From: an uncultured Candidatus Saccharibacteria bacterium
Lineage (GTDB): Bacteria; Patescibacteriota; Minisyncoccia; Phycocordibacterales; UBA2100
Assembly: GCA_964462785.1 (NCBI GenBank)
Contig: CAYWZA010000003.1
Span: 1-64,000, forward strand
Length of the DNA: 64,000 bases
Direction of reading: 5' to 3'
Each line of letters starts with the position of its first letter. The stretch's first letter is position 1. The position numbers and the translations under genes are program-made. This document shows positions 18,737 through 28,633 of the stretch, in pieces. The notes under the pieces are model-generated. The model had not been told where the DNA came from, did not search any database, and saw only the letters and a program-made list of their open reading frames with translations.

Positions 18737-18757
18737 AACAGTGCGGGGTTGTTTACA

Positions 18758-19888
18758 TTATGCGGGCATCAATACTTTTGCAGAATGTTTGTGCGAAAAG
18801 TATGCCATGCGCCGCGTGTGTTCGTTGAGATACCATTCGGTGTCGACGAATTCAGGCGGTGTTGCGAATCCCTTGGGCTTTCCCCTCACCACGATGTGAT
18901 TGGCAACGAGTGAGATACCGATTGACGTCATGATCTGCATCGCGGTGAAGCCGGTTTCCGGATCCTTGTACATATCATAGCGAATCGGCTCACCCTTATC
19001 GCCCGACACAGCAAGCACGACATGATCGGAGTCACGCTGCAGATTAAACTGCAACTCCGGATCATTGCGCAGCCTATCTGCAAGCTTTTCCGGTTGGCTC
19101 GTATAACGCCACCCTTCTTTTTTGAGTCGCGCTACATGACCCACATACCGCAGCGTCTCGTAGTTGTGCTCCTGCACGCCAAGCGCGAGCAATTGTTCCA
19201 CCATGAATCGCGAGTGATGCGAGGTTGGCGTCGATTCGAATTCATCGTCATTAAACGACGCGATAGTGCCCACGGCTGGTATTTCGACCAACTGTCCGTG
19301 GCGAATCTGCGGGCAAAATCCGGTGTATCCGCTCGCCGTACCTTCAGCGCTGTACATGAGTTTATACATAAGCGGATTCCTTGCCGGATCCGGACGCGGG
19401 TACGGATTGCCACCACAGCGCACATACACCTCTTTGCATCCATCGTGTTTCACTTTGTGCATCGTAGCGATGTTTGCACTGCCTGGTGAGAGACCGCATT
19501 CAGGAGCAATTAATGTTTCAGAGCCGCGAGCAAGCGCTGCTTGCTGCGCCACTACTTCACCACAGCCACCCAAATCGCACAGCGGCACTCTCCACTGCAG
19601 CGCATCTTTCGTGAGCTCGATGTTTTGCGCATGCGGTGCGCATGAAATTGCGACCTCAACACCTTCCCAGGTCAGCACACTTGGCTGTGCAAAATAGTGA
19701 ATCTTTTTTGCCAATTTTTCGCCAAGCAGCTCCTTAAAGCGGCGCATGCTTTCGTCCAGCGCGCTCTGTCTTTCCCAGCGCGGATCGATAGCTTTAACCG
19801 AATCCACCCTGCTGAACATCAGCTCGTTAAAGACAGTTGCTATTCCCATACCACCACCTGCGCCATAGACGGCAACACGATAGGTCAT
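18758..19888 (-). CDS. Saccharopine dehydrogenase-family NAD(P)-binding oxidoreductase
   Basis: N-terminal Rossmann motif VAVYGAGGGMG and overall similarity to saccharopine/carboxynorspermidine dehydrogenases. Start at an internal Met. Confidence 0.5.
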   Translation of the reverse strand: MTYRVAVYGAGGGMGIATVFNELMFSRVDSVKAIDPRWERQSALDESMRRFKELLGEKLAKKIHYFAQPSVLTWEGVEVAISCAPHAQNIELTKDALQWRVPLCDLGGCGEVVAQQAALARGSETLIAPECGLSPGSANIATMHKVKHDGCKEVYVRCGGNPYPRPDPARNPLMYKLMYSAEGTASGYTGFCPQIRHGQLVEIPAVGTIASFNDDEFESTPTSHHSRFMVEQLLALGVQEHNYETLRYVGHVARLKKEGWRYTSQPEKLADRLRNDPELQFNLQRDSDHVVLAVSGDKGEPIRYDMYKDPETGFTAMQIMTSIGISLVANHIVVRGKPKGFATPPEFVDTEWYLNEHTRRMAYFSHKHSAKVLMPA

Positions 19889-19962
19889 GTTTTCTACTCC
19901 TTTGAAAACTGTATGCACACTACACCCGTCAAATCGAGGGTGCAACGCGATATAATAAAAAA

Positions 19963-21240
19963 ATGATCAGCCAGAAATACGCCCTCACAGCGCTGCTGCT
20001 ATGTCTCGTGTGCAATACCCCATCCGCAGAGGCGGGCATCCAAGCCGCAACGGCAGACCAATGCGTCGCCATGATTGCAGCCGGCATCAAAAAAGAGGGC
20101 GAATGCATCGCGGGGAAAACCATCATCGATGACGCGACGGAAGCGCTCATTCACGCAAGCGCGGGAGCAAAATCCCCAGCTGCTTTTTTGGAAGATCACG
20201 CGTGCAAAAATACCCACATAGCGTGCCTTGATCCACAATTTTCAGCACTCGTGCAGCAATTTTATCTCGCTGGAGAAGCGGTGGGAAAACAGGAGGGTTG
20301 GCAAATGCCTCGCCTCACCGACGGTTGGCGATCGCCAGAGAGTCAGTTGAAAGCGGTGGTATCTGGGGCAAGCAAGGTGGGTCCCTGCGGCTCGCCACAC
20401 AATTATGGACTGGCTGTGGACTTTAACGATCCTCCGCTGAATAAAGGCCTCTCGCCGGCAATGAAATGGATGCGTGCGAACGCACGAAATTATGGACTTG
20501 AGGTTATTGGAGAATGGGACCCTGCACACTTTCAAATAAAGGGGTGGGCAAATCGTAGCGTGGCTCGAGGTCAGTGCATCACCGGCTGCACCGCTCCAGC
20601 TTCCGGAAAAATACAAAGCTGCACGGGAGGCGGCGGGGGTGGAGGCATTCTTGCAAACACCGGAAATGCACTCAGTAACGCATTCTCACAACTCACTCGC
20701 CCCTTCAGCAGCATGATGCAGCCAGAACCAGTAATTCCTCCCCCGCCTCCCCCAGCTGCGCTGCCGGTTGCAACAAGCACGATGCTGAAAGACGCGTTTA
20801 GAGCTCCAGCAACGCAATTCCCCACCTCCACATCTGCGCAATTCCCCTCCACACAAAATGCAAAACAGCCCGAGCCCAAAACATCTGAAGATATTTTGAC
20901 GCAGATTGCTGTCGGCAATCCAAATACTCCCCCCACCCCTGCGACGACCACTCGCCCGCTTACTGCGGAAGAACAGCAGCGCCTGCATGATCAGCAGGTA
21001 TTGCTGCAAGCCACCACTCCCGCATCCAACGTGGTGCCGACTTACACTCCCGTCATTCCTCCCGCATCCTCATTTGCCGGCTTCTCTCCTTCGGAATTCG
21101 CCGTCAGTGATATCAGCACTCGCGCGTGGTATGACCTCTATATCACCACGCTCACGCGCGTTGCGCTCGCGATCGGCGAGACAATCCGCATCATGAAGGG
21201 AGAACCGTCATCAAATACTATCGAGGGGTACTACGAATAG
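19963..21240 (+). CDS. Secreted VanY/M15-type D,D-carboxypeptidase-like protein with a Pro/Thr-rich linker and conserved C-terminal motif
   Basis: Signal peptide. SxHxxGxAxD motif (SPHNYGLAVDF) and WDPAHF second-His motif. Poly-Gly and PT-rich low-complexity region. Confidence 0.65.
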   Translation: MISQKYALTALLLCLVCNTPSAEAGIQAATADQCVAMIAAGIKKEGECIAGKTIIDDATEALIHASAGAKSPAAFLEDHACKNTHIACLDPQFSALVQQFYLAGEAVGKQEGWQMPRLTDGWRSPESQLKAVVSGASKVGPCGSPHNYGLAVDFNDPPLNKGLSPAMKWMRANARNYGLEVIGEWDPAHFQIKGWANRSVARGQCITGCTAPASGKIQSCTGGGGGGGILANTGNALSNAFSQLTRPFSSMMQPEPVIPPPPPPAALPVATSTMLKDAFRAPATQFPTSTSAQFPSTQNAKQPEPKTSEDILTQIAVGNPNTPPTPATTTRPLTAEEQQRLHDQQVLLQATTPASNVVPTYTPVIPPASSFAGFSPSEFAVSDISTRAWYDLYITTLTRVALAIGETIRIMKGEPSSNTIEGYYE

Positions 21241-21260
21241 AGGTTGTATAATTAAATGTC

Positions 21261-22595
21261 ATGAGGTTTGGTTTGATACTGAGTATTGTTGTAGTTGCGT
21301 TCACTTCTCCCGTTTACGCCGTTGATTGCCCCGCGGGATCAAGCCCTCCCACTGCAGACGATATCAAGCTCGGCATCGGACGAGAAGGTGGCTGTGTTCC
21401 TGATACTGCGCGCTTAGTCGCGCAGGTGAAAGATGCCTCTGGAGCCATTACATATCTTGAAAGTAAAGTTTGCCCAGGAATGCAGGTTGGCTATGACGCC
21501 AGCATTAACCCTGCAATTCTGAAAGAAACGCGAGTGTATTTTACTGCAGACAACCAATCCATGGATCCAAAATTCGTCGTCTGCGCCGCACGATTTGTGC
21601 AGGAGGCAGAAAAATCATTGCAATTCCCCATCTGTGTAAAAGCTGCCCTGCGAAGCATCGCGCATCAACGTGCCTCATGTTTAGACCCTAGCAATGGTGG
21701 AAAAGTTTGTGGCAACCGCGGTGGATGTAGTAGCTTCGGGCACTGTCCGCACGTAAATGGAGCTGCTCTGGACATCAATCCAACCGGTCACAAGCGTGGT
21801 ACACCAGAAGGCGACAGGAGATACAGGATGATGCATGCATTTGCGCGCACAAATGCATCACTGGGCGTTGCATTCACTGCAATGAACATCGATGATTGGC
21901 CTCATATCGGTCCCAACGGTCAATCAAATTGTTCAGACCCGAATTTTAAAGCGCGCGGTATCAGCGACAGCGACCTCACTCCTCCCGCTTCGCCGAGAGG
22001 CGTTCTGGATCGCATCATGCAACCGCTGCGCGACTTCATAAACCCACCGCAATCAATGATGCCCCCATCGCCAAGTTCCTCACTTCCTCCAGTGACCAAC
22101 ACCGGTACGGTACTGGATTCAATTCCTGCGCCAAAACAAAATCCTCCTCCCGCACAATTTCCTACTACCGATTTCCCGCCCACCTCAATCCCACCAAGAC
22201 CAAAAACTCCCGAAGATGTCTTGCGCGATATTGCCGTAGGCCCGCCAAAGACAAGCCCTGCAACGACAACAGCGACTTCAACACGACCGCTTACGGATGA
22301 AGAAAAAATCCGCCTCGCTGCGCAGCAGGTGGGTATTCCCGCGAATTTTCCAACAAACAACACGCCTCAACCGAGCAATACTGCCCCAACCGCCCCGACT
22401 TCTGAATTTGCCGGATTCAACGGATCGCCAGCGGTAATGCCCAATAACTCTTCAGACGAATTTTTACGCCTTTATGTGCAAACGCTCACACGCGTTGCGC
22501 TTGCTATTAATGAAATAATAAGGATTATGAAGGGTGAACCGAGATTAAACGCAAATATGCAGCCAGAGCAGCGCATTGAACTCTGGGTTGAATAA
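21261..22595 (+). CDS. Secreted VanY/M15-type peptidase paralog
   Basis: HCPHVNGAALDI (HxxGxAxD) and DDWPHI. C-terminal LYVQTLTRVALAINEIIRIMKGEP matches the upstream paralog. Confidence 0.65.
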   Translation: MRFGLILSIVVVAFTSPVYAVDCPAGSSPPTADDIKLGIGREGGCVPDTARLVAQVKDASGAITYLESKVCPGMQVGYDASINPAILKETRVYFTADNQSMDPKFVVCAARFVQEAEKSLQFPICVKAALRSIAHQRASCLDPSNGGKVCGNRGGCSSFGHCPHVNGAALDINPTGHKRGTPEGDRRYRMMHAFARTNASLGVAFTAMNIDDWPHIGPNGQSNCSDPNFKARGISDSDLTPPASPRGVLDRIMQPLRDFINPPQSMMPPSPSSSLPPVTNTGTVLDSIPAPKQNPPPAQFPTTDFPPTSIPPRPKTPEDVLRDIAVGPPKTSPATTTATSTRPLTDEEKIRLAAQQVGIPANFPTNNTPQPSNTAPTAPTSEFAGFNGSPAVMPNNSSDEFLRLYVQTLTRVALAINEIIRIMKGEPRLNANMQPEQRIELWVE

Positions 22596-22612
22596 CTTTA
22601 TTTCTCTTACGT

Positions 22613-23674
22613 ATGACCGACCACATATTTACCCGCGTACAACACCTTTCGTTTTTCGGCTTGCTCGCCGTAGTGACAGCCGGATTCCTCTACCTCATTT
22701 CTGATTTTATTTTGCCGATCATCTGGGCGGTCGTGCTCGCGATCATATTTGCACCCCTCTCATACCTCCTCACCCGCTATTTCGGCGGTCGCGCGACACT
22801 CGCTGCTCTTGCGACCATGCTCATAGCGATCGTGCTCGTCTTTTTGCCTGTCGCTCTCATTGGCGCTTTGCTCGCGTCGGAAACCGCTGATCTGTATCGC
22901 AGCGCCCTTTTTGCCGATCCTGCGGTGTATGATCGCGTCATCGCATCCGTTCCGCTCGCGCAGGAAGCGCTCTCGCTCTCCGGCATAGCGCCAAGCGAAG
23001 TGCATATTAAAATTGCGGAGCTGTTGCGCAACACCGGCGGCAACTTGGCAGCAGGAGCGTTCGAGGCAGGCACGAGCACCATTCGCTTCGTCGCGAAAAC
23101 ACTCGTGATGCTCTATCTACTATTCTTCTTTTTGCGCGACGGTGCACGCATCGGAGCAAAAATCATGCGCGCACTCCCTTTGGGCGATGCGAAAGAAATA
23201 TTTTTGTATGAACGCTTTGCGACAACCGTCCGCGCAACAGTAAAAGGCACGCTGGTGGTTTCAATCGCACAGGGTGCAATCGGCTCAATTCTCTTTGCGC
23301 TCGTCGGCATCCCGAGCCCAATTCTGTGGGGTATGGTGATGGCGCTCGCGGCGCTCGTCCCCGGCGTCGGCCCCGCCATCGTGTGGATCCCAGCGGCTAT
23401 CATCCTCTTTGCAATGGGAGAAAGCATACAGGCGCTTATCGTAGTGCTCGGCGGCGTACTCGTGCTCAGCACTATAGATAACTTCCTGCGCCCGATTCTT
23501 GTGGGGCGCGACACCGACATGCCCGATGCACTCATACTGCTCTCTGTCCTCGGTGGGCTCGGTGCATTTGGCATCTCCGGCATTATCCTTGGTCCCACCC
23601 TTGCGGCATTGTTCCTTGCATCGTGGCAGTTATTTGAAGAAGAATACCGCGTTCAGTTAACTGAACGCGGATAG
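22613..23674 (+). CDS. AI-2E family transporter (PerM/UPF0118)
   Basis: Eight hydrophobic helices and the characteristic ...VVSIAQGAIGSILFALVGIP... region. Confidence 0.75.
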   Translation: MTDHIFTRVQHLSFFGLLAVVTAGFLYLISDFILPIIWAVVLAIIFAPLSYLLTRYFGGRATLAALATMLIAIVLVFLPVALIGALLASETADLYRSALFADPAVYDRVIASVPLAQEALSLSGIAPSEVHIKIAELLRNTGGNLAAGAFEAGTSTIRFVAKTLVMLYLLFFFLRDGARIGAKIMRALPLGDAKEIFLYERFATTVRATVKGTLVVSIAQGAIGSILFALVGIPSPILWGMVMALAALVPGVGPAIVWIPAAIILFAMGESIQALIVVLGGVLVLSTIDNFLRPILVGRDTDMPDALILLSVLGGLGAFGISGIILGPTLAALFLASWQLFEEEYRVQLTERG

Positions 23675-23730
23675 CAGTGCGACAAAACGCATGGTACAGT
23701 AAGTAGGCGCTGAAAAGCGCCCTTTATCCT

Positions 23731-24381
23731 ATGGGATTCACTAAATACACGACTTCAAAAGAAAAGGAGCGCTTGCGCATCAATGATGCTATTCGTGCAC
23801 GCGAATTGCGCGTCGTCGGTCCCGAGGGGGAGAATTTTGGCGTGCTGTCATCCGATGAAGCACTCGCCAAGGCGCGGGAAATGGGGCTCGACCTCATCGA
23901 GGTGTCGGCAAACGCCACCCCCCCTGTCGCCCGCATCGCCGATTTGGGCAAGTATAAGTATGAGATGAAGAAAAAGGCCAAGGAAGTCAAGGCAAAAGCC
24001 CATGTCACCGAAACAAAAACGACGCAGGTCAAAATCGGCACCGGCGAGCGCGATATGCACCTTAAGGCATCTCAAGCGGCTGGCTGGCTCCGCGAGGGGC
24101 ATCGGGTCAAAGTGGATCTCTTTCTGTGGGGGCGATACAAGTACATGGAATTCAACTTCCTCAAGGAACGTCTCGAGCGGTTCCTTGCAATTATCCCAGA
24201 ATCATTTAAAATCGCGGACGACATCAAGAAGAGTCTAAAAGGCCTTTCTGTGGTGGTTGAGCGCGATAAATCGGGCAAAAGATGGGTCCCCAGCGCTCCA
24301 AAAGGTCCCTCGCTTGATGCCCCTCCCGAGGAAGAGGAGATGGCGGCAGAGGAAGAAGAGGCGGGAGACGAGGAAAAATAA
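23731..24381 (+). CDS. infC: Translation initiation factor IF-3 with an acidic C-terminal tail
   Basis: INDAIRARELRVVGPEGENFGVLS...LDLIEVSANATPPVARI is IF-3-like. infC-rpmI-rplT gene order. Confidence 0.85.
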   Translation: MGFTKYTTSKEKERLRINDAIRARELRVVGPEGENFGVLSSDEALAKAREMGLDLIEVSANATPPVARIADLGKYKYEMKKKAKEVKAKAHVTETKTTQVKIGTGERDMHLKASQAAGWLREGHRVKVDLFLWGRYKYMEFNFLKERLERFLAIIPESFKIADDIKKSLKGLSVVVERDKSGKRWVPSAPKGPSLDAPPEEEEMAAEEEEAGDEEK

Positions 24382-24390
24382 AAACATTCT

Positions 24391-24588
24391 ATGAAATCAA
24401 ATAAATCATTTTCTAAGCGCCTGCGCGTCACCCGCAACGGTAAAATCATCGCGCGCGTGCCGGGGCAAAATCATTTCAATGCAAAAGAGGGTCGCCGCCG
24501 CCAGATGCGGAGGCGCCGCATGGTCAGCTTTGGACTTAACAACAAATCCCGCCAGCAATTCTTGCAGGATGCAGGAAGCAAAAAATAA
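24391..24588 (+). CDS. rpmI: 50S ribosomal protein L35
   Basis: 65-aa basic protein in the conserved position between infC and rplT. Confidence 0.7.
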   Translation: MKSNKSFSKRLRVTRNGKIIARVPGQNHFNAKEGRRRQMRRRRMVSFGLNNKSRQQFLQDAGSKK

Positions 24589-24591
24589 TTT

Positions 24592-24939
24592 ATGTCACGC
24601 GTTAAAGGAGGAGTACAAGCACTGAAGCGCCGCCGCAACGTCCTTAAGCAGGTAAAGGGCTACCGCTTCTCACGCTCCACAAAAGAGCGCTCGGCACGCG
24701 ATGCTATCTTTAAGGCAGGTACCTACGCATTCCGCGATCGCCGCAAAAAGAAGAGCGGTTTCCGCGCACTGTGGAACATCCGCATCAATGCTGCCGTACG
24801 CGCAGCCGGCTTCCCTTCGTACAGCCGCTTCATCGACGCACTCAAAAAGCGCAACATCGCCCTCGATCGCAAAATTCTCGCGCAACTCGCAAAAGATCAT
24901 CCTGAGACTTTCAACCGCATCGTTGCGTTGGTGAAGTAG
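24592..24939 (+). CDS. rplT: 50S ribosomal protein L20
   Basis: MSRVKGGVQALKRRRNVLKQVKGYRFSRS... is L20-like. Confidence 0.9.
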   Translation: MSRVKGGVQALKRRRNVLKQVKGYRFSRSTKERSARDAIFKAGTYAFRDRRKKKSGFRALWNIRINAAVRAAGFPSYSRFIDALKKRNIALDRKILAQLAKDHPETFNRIVALVK

Positions 24940-24954
24940 TTTAAACCCAAGCAA

Positions 24955-24988
24955 AAAATGCGCTGAGTATCGATGCTCAGCGCATTTT
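24955..24988 (+). terminator. Rho-independent terminator after rplT (13-bp stem AAAATGCGCTGAG/CTCAGCGCATTTT)
   Basis: Perfect hairpin with U-tract, seen directly. Confidence 0.65.
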
Positions 24989-25006
24989 GCAATAACCTCC
25001 CTGACC

Positions 25007-25273
25007 CTAGCACGGAACAGCCTCAACAAGAGAGCGCTGTTTGATACGCACCCGCCAGTGATCACGCCGGTACGTTTGTATCCGGGCAACGATCGTACCA
25101 GCTTCGTCGGTCAACATATCTTGCGACACATCCTTGATGCGAACCCGCTTCCCCTCTCGTGGAGGCCAATCTTTAAGGGCGTCAGCGATGATAGTCCGCA
25201 CTTTCAAGCTAAGCTCCGGTCCCAGTTCACGCATCTTCATGGGATGCTCCTTGCATTTCCCCGAACTCCACAA
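25007..25273 (-). CDS. Hypothetical protein
   Basis: ORF only. Confidence 0.3.
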   Translation of the reverse strand: MWSSGKCKEHPMKMRELGPELSLKVRTIIADALKDWPPREGKRVRIKDVSQDMLTDEAGTIVARIQTYRRDHWRVRIKQRSLVEAVPC

Positions 25274-25356
25274 TGTACTCTACTACCAATCTACTAAAAA
25301 TAGAGCGAAAAAGAAACCGGCGGCACATGGTGGGCCGCCGGTAGTTTTGGTGGGAG

Positions 25357-25719
25357 TTACTCTACATCATTCCCATGACCTCGCTCGTCAGAGATGGTGT
25401 AGAGCCCATCTTCGTCGCAACACACCGTCGCCGCCTGCTCGCGGTAGAACCGTGCGATTGGGCACGCTTCTCGATGTGCTGCGAACGACACCGCGAAACT
25501 CTCATACGGATCCTCATCTGGACTGATTGCCCAGTCTTGGATACGCCCGAGAGCCTGCATGACTGCTGCCGCAATCGCCCCTGGAGACTCGTTGTGAGAA
25601 TTACCCCACTCGATCTCATTGGCGATTCTGCGGAAACACTCCGCTGCCGCGTGCCGCCCCCCGATGCCTTTCAGCATCAGTTCCCCGATTTCCTCGTGGA
25701 TACTCTTTTCTTTCGTCAT
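25357..25719 (-). CDS. Hypothetical protein
   Basis: ORF only. Confidence 0.3.
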   Translation of the reverse strand: MTKEKSIHEEIGELMLKGIGGRHAAAECFRRIANEIEWGNSHNESPGAIAAAVMQALGRIQDWAISPDEDPYESFAVSFAAHREACPIARFYREQAATVCCDEDGLYTISDERGHGNDVE

Positions 25720-26026
25720 GGGTCTTCCTCCTGCCCTCGGGCGCGGGATTGCGCTTCAAGGTCATATGAAGATTCCGATATATTTATCGGGTCTCCTTTG
25801 CGTTCGTAGTTGACCGAGTTCGGAGTTTTTCCCTGACGTGCCGAAAAGTATTATATGCCTATTTGATGTTCTGTCAAGGCACGAGCGCGCATGAGGTTTA
25901 AGCAAACATCGCGCAGCGCGCTTTCACACGTATGAATACGGCGCAGTAATGCAAACTGTTCATGTATGTTAGTCATCTCGTTTGCGAGAACCTGCATGCT
26001 CGCTCGTGCCGGTGCTGCGAAACTTG

Positions 26027-26674
26027 TCAGTGCATGTTGGCGCGGTCTTCGCCAATCCAGCCGGAGTCGTAATTTCTGTATACTGCGAGCGACTTCTGCT
26101 TGTTCTGCTTCGCCATGTCCATCAGACGCTCGATGAGTGCCTTTGGGTCTTTGTCGATAATCACATTATTCATCGGGCGATGACTCTCGCGCATGATGTG
26201 TTTTAAGACCTCATCGGTGTGCCATGAGCCTTCGAGAATACCAATTGGCTTTTTATCTTCATACGCCACAGTGAATTCGTGGATGGTGCCGACGCGCCCA
26301 CACCCGAGCACGACTGCATCCGCAGAGCGCGTGAGCAATAAATCCCGACCGGGAAACCCGAAGCCGGTGTACACCACAATATCCATGTAATCGAGTGGCA
26401 AACGAAACACTTCTACGTGCTCGCGCTCGCTCGCAGCCGGTGAGAAGCCTACTGAAAATCCACCCTCTTCTTTTGCGCCCACTGCTGCATAGAGCGGAAT
26501 GCCAGTGGTTGCACCAGTGATGAGGACGGCGCCTTGGCGCACTATTTGCCGCCCCATCTCTTTGCTCATTTCGTAGGCATCAAGACCGCAGTGCCCCGTC
26601 TCTGCTGCGCCCGAAACACATATTTTTATTTTCTCGTGCCCATGCTGCGCATGCCCAAAGCGGTTCGCGGGCAT
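26027..26674 (-). CDS. TIGR00725/LOG-like Rossmann-fold nucleotide-binding protein
   Basis: KIKICVSGAAETG...VLITGATTGIPLYAAVGA...GRVGTIHE pattern. Start at an internal Met. Confidence 0.55.
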   Translation of the reverse strand: MPANRFGHAQHGHEKIKICVSGAAETGHCGLDAYEMSKEMGRQIVRQGAVLITGATTGIPLYAAVGAKEEGGFSVGFSPAASEREHVEVFRLPLDYMDIVVYTGFGFPGRDLLLTRSADAVVLGCGRVGTIHEFTVAYEDKKPIGILEGSWHTDEVLKHIMRESHRPMNNVIIDKDPKALIERLMDMAKQNKQKSLAVYRNYDSGWIGEDRANMH

Positions 26675-26798
26675 GCGATCATGCGGATGCGATACGTGCA
26701 AAAAATCCCTCGCAAAAGCGGCGTCATGCGAATTCTGAACGACATCCTCTGGCATTACTTACAGTATACCGTGCTTTTGCAAGTGCCTTTCGCACATA

Positions 26799-28184
26799 TC
26801 ACCAGTCAAGCACAAACGCTTCGTTTGCATCCGGCGCAATCGCGTCAACCCCGAGAAAATCACGCAAACGCTGCGTGAGAAACAGCGCAGAACGCGGCTC
26901 CCCCATAGCCACAAACACCCGCTTGAGCGTTGCTGCAGTCTTTTCTATGAATGCAATGAGTCCGTCACGGTCTTTATGTGCCGAATATCCATGTAACTGC
27001 GCGATTCTAGCGCGCACGCGCACCCATTGCCCGTCAATACGCACCTTCGACGCTCCTTCGGCAAGCCGCCGCCCCAATGAACCGACTGACTGATATCCGG
27101 GAAATAAAATGGTGGTGTGCCGCTCGCTTAAAAACACGCGCTCGTGCGAGCGGATCCGCCCGCCTGATGACATGCCCGAACCGGCGATAATAACTTTTGG
27201 ATTTGGTGAATCATAGATGCCGCGAGAATCCGCCGCGCTCGCTGTTATCGTCAGACCATCAAAAGAAAACGGATCGCCTGACTTCAATTTTTTCTGTACT
27301 TCATCATTCAAATAGCTTGGGTACTTCCTATACACCGCCATCAGCTGGATGGCGAGCGGAGCATCCAGAAAAACTGGTATGGACTTAATAGCGCCGCTCC
27401 CGATCAGTGCGCTTATCTCGTACAGAAGAATTTGCGTCCGCTCGAGTGAGAATGCCGGGATGAGAAGGACGCCCGCGTGCTTGCGGGTGTATTCCACCGC
27501 TTCCTTAAGCGTCTCGCGGCGCGTGTCGGTCCCCTCATGATTGCGGTCTCCATAGACACTTTCCATAACGATGTATGTGGCATCTGAGATTTCTTCCGTC
27601 TTTCGCGCTATGGGTGCGTTGTCGTTTCCTAAATCACCTGTGAAAACAATTTTTTTGCCGCCGCGTGACAATTCCACCATTGCAGAGCCGAGTATGTGCC
27701 CCGCATCGCGTAGTCGCACCTGTACCCCATCAGCTAATTGCAAATCCTCGTGATACTCAATGGTCGACCACAATGACAGCGCGTGTTCGATATCTTCCTC
27801 GGTATAGAGCAGCGGTCGTGGATTTCCACGCTTAGCCAGCTCTTCCTTCAACACTTTGAGTGCATCTGCGAGCATGAGCTCAGTGATGTCTTTCGTGGGC
27901 GGTGTCGAATAGATTTTTCCCCTGAAACCCTGCGCTACTAAACGCGGTATGCGCCCAATATGATCGGTGTGCCCGTGCGTGACGATGAGCACATCAATTG
28001 ATGCGGGATTGTATCCGAAATCCGCCCAGTTTGCTTCAGCGCAAAAATCGCCATTTTGAATAAGACCGCAGTCGATGAGTATCTTTTGCGTGCCGGTTTC
28101 TAAAAGAAAATTGGCGCCGGTTACAGTTCCGGCGCCACTTTTAAAGGTGAGGGTTGCTTTTGTGTCGTCAGCGCGCTCTGCCAT
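26799..28184 (-). CDS. MBL-fold beta-CASP ribonuclease (CPSF/RNase J-like, RMMBL C-terminus)
   Basis: HGHTDH motif, beta-CASP region and C-terminal HGYSAHKDRDGL (RMMBL). Confidence 0.7.
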   Translation of the reverse strand: MAERADDTKATLTFKSGAGTVTGANFLLETGTQKILIDCGLIQNGDFCAEANWADFGYNPASIDVLIVTHGHTDHIGRIPRLVAQGFRGKIYSTPPTKDITELMLADALKVLKEELAKRGNPRPLLYTEEDIEHALSLWSTIEYHEDLQLADGVQVRLRDAGHILGSAMVELSRGGKKIVFTGDLGNDNAPIARKTEEISDATYIVMESVYGDRNHEGTDTRRETLKEAVEYTRKHAGVLLIPAFSLERTQILLYEISALIGSGAIKSIPVFLDAPLAIQLMAVYRKYPSYLNDEVQKKLKSGDPFSFDGLTITASAADSRGIYDSPNPKVIIAGSGMSSGGRIRSHERVFLSERHTTILFPGYQSVGSLGRRLAEGASKVRIDGQWVRVRARIAQLHGYSAHKDRDGLIAFIEKTAATLKRVFVAMGEPRSALFLTQRLRDFLGVDAIAPDANEAFVLDW

Positions 28185-28633
28185 ACCCCATATTGTACCT
28201 TATAGAACACTGCCCAGGCAGTGATTGCTCCCATAAGACCCATCGCCTCATCGAGTATGGTGTCTCCTATGTACCCTACGGGTACAGGGAATTGCAGAAA
28301 GGCAAGTAGAAATACCTCGAGCACTTCCCAGTGTGGAGCAACAATGGCAATGGCAACAAGAGTTACCAGAAACGTCCATAGCTGAAGAATTCGTGGACTA
28401 AACCTGATAGGCTCCATGTCCCGAAAACGAATCGTCAGAGACGACCCGTTTGGTAAAAGCCCCGCAAGTGAGGCGAGCCACAATCCAAAGAAAGCCGTCC
28501 CGACACCTCCAAAATAATGCATGGGTATATCAAACCACCATATTTCGTAGAATCGGTTCACATGCCCATATGTATGGGCTGCGATTGTGGTCCCTAAGAT
28601 TATCACCGCATACAAAAATAACCTTGTTGTCAT
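28121..28633 (-). CDS. Multi-pass membrane protein (hypothetical)
   Basis: Hydrophobic helices. The 3' end overlaps the MBL gene start by about 64 nt. Confidence 0.4.
   Translation of the reverse strand: MTTRLFLYAVIILGTTIAAHTYGHVNRFYEIWWFDIPMHYFGGVGTAFFGLWLASLAGLLPNGSSLTIRFRDMEPIRFSPRILQLWTFLVTLVAIAIVAPHWEVLEVFLLAFLQFPVPVGYIGDTILDEAMGLMGAITAWAVFYKVQYGVWQSALTTQKQPSPLKVAPEL

Noticed and set aside
20571-21009. Antisense ORFs within the Pro/Thr-rich linker of the M15 peptidase genes
   Set aside because: Low-complexity repeats produce open frames on both strands. No domain support.
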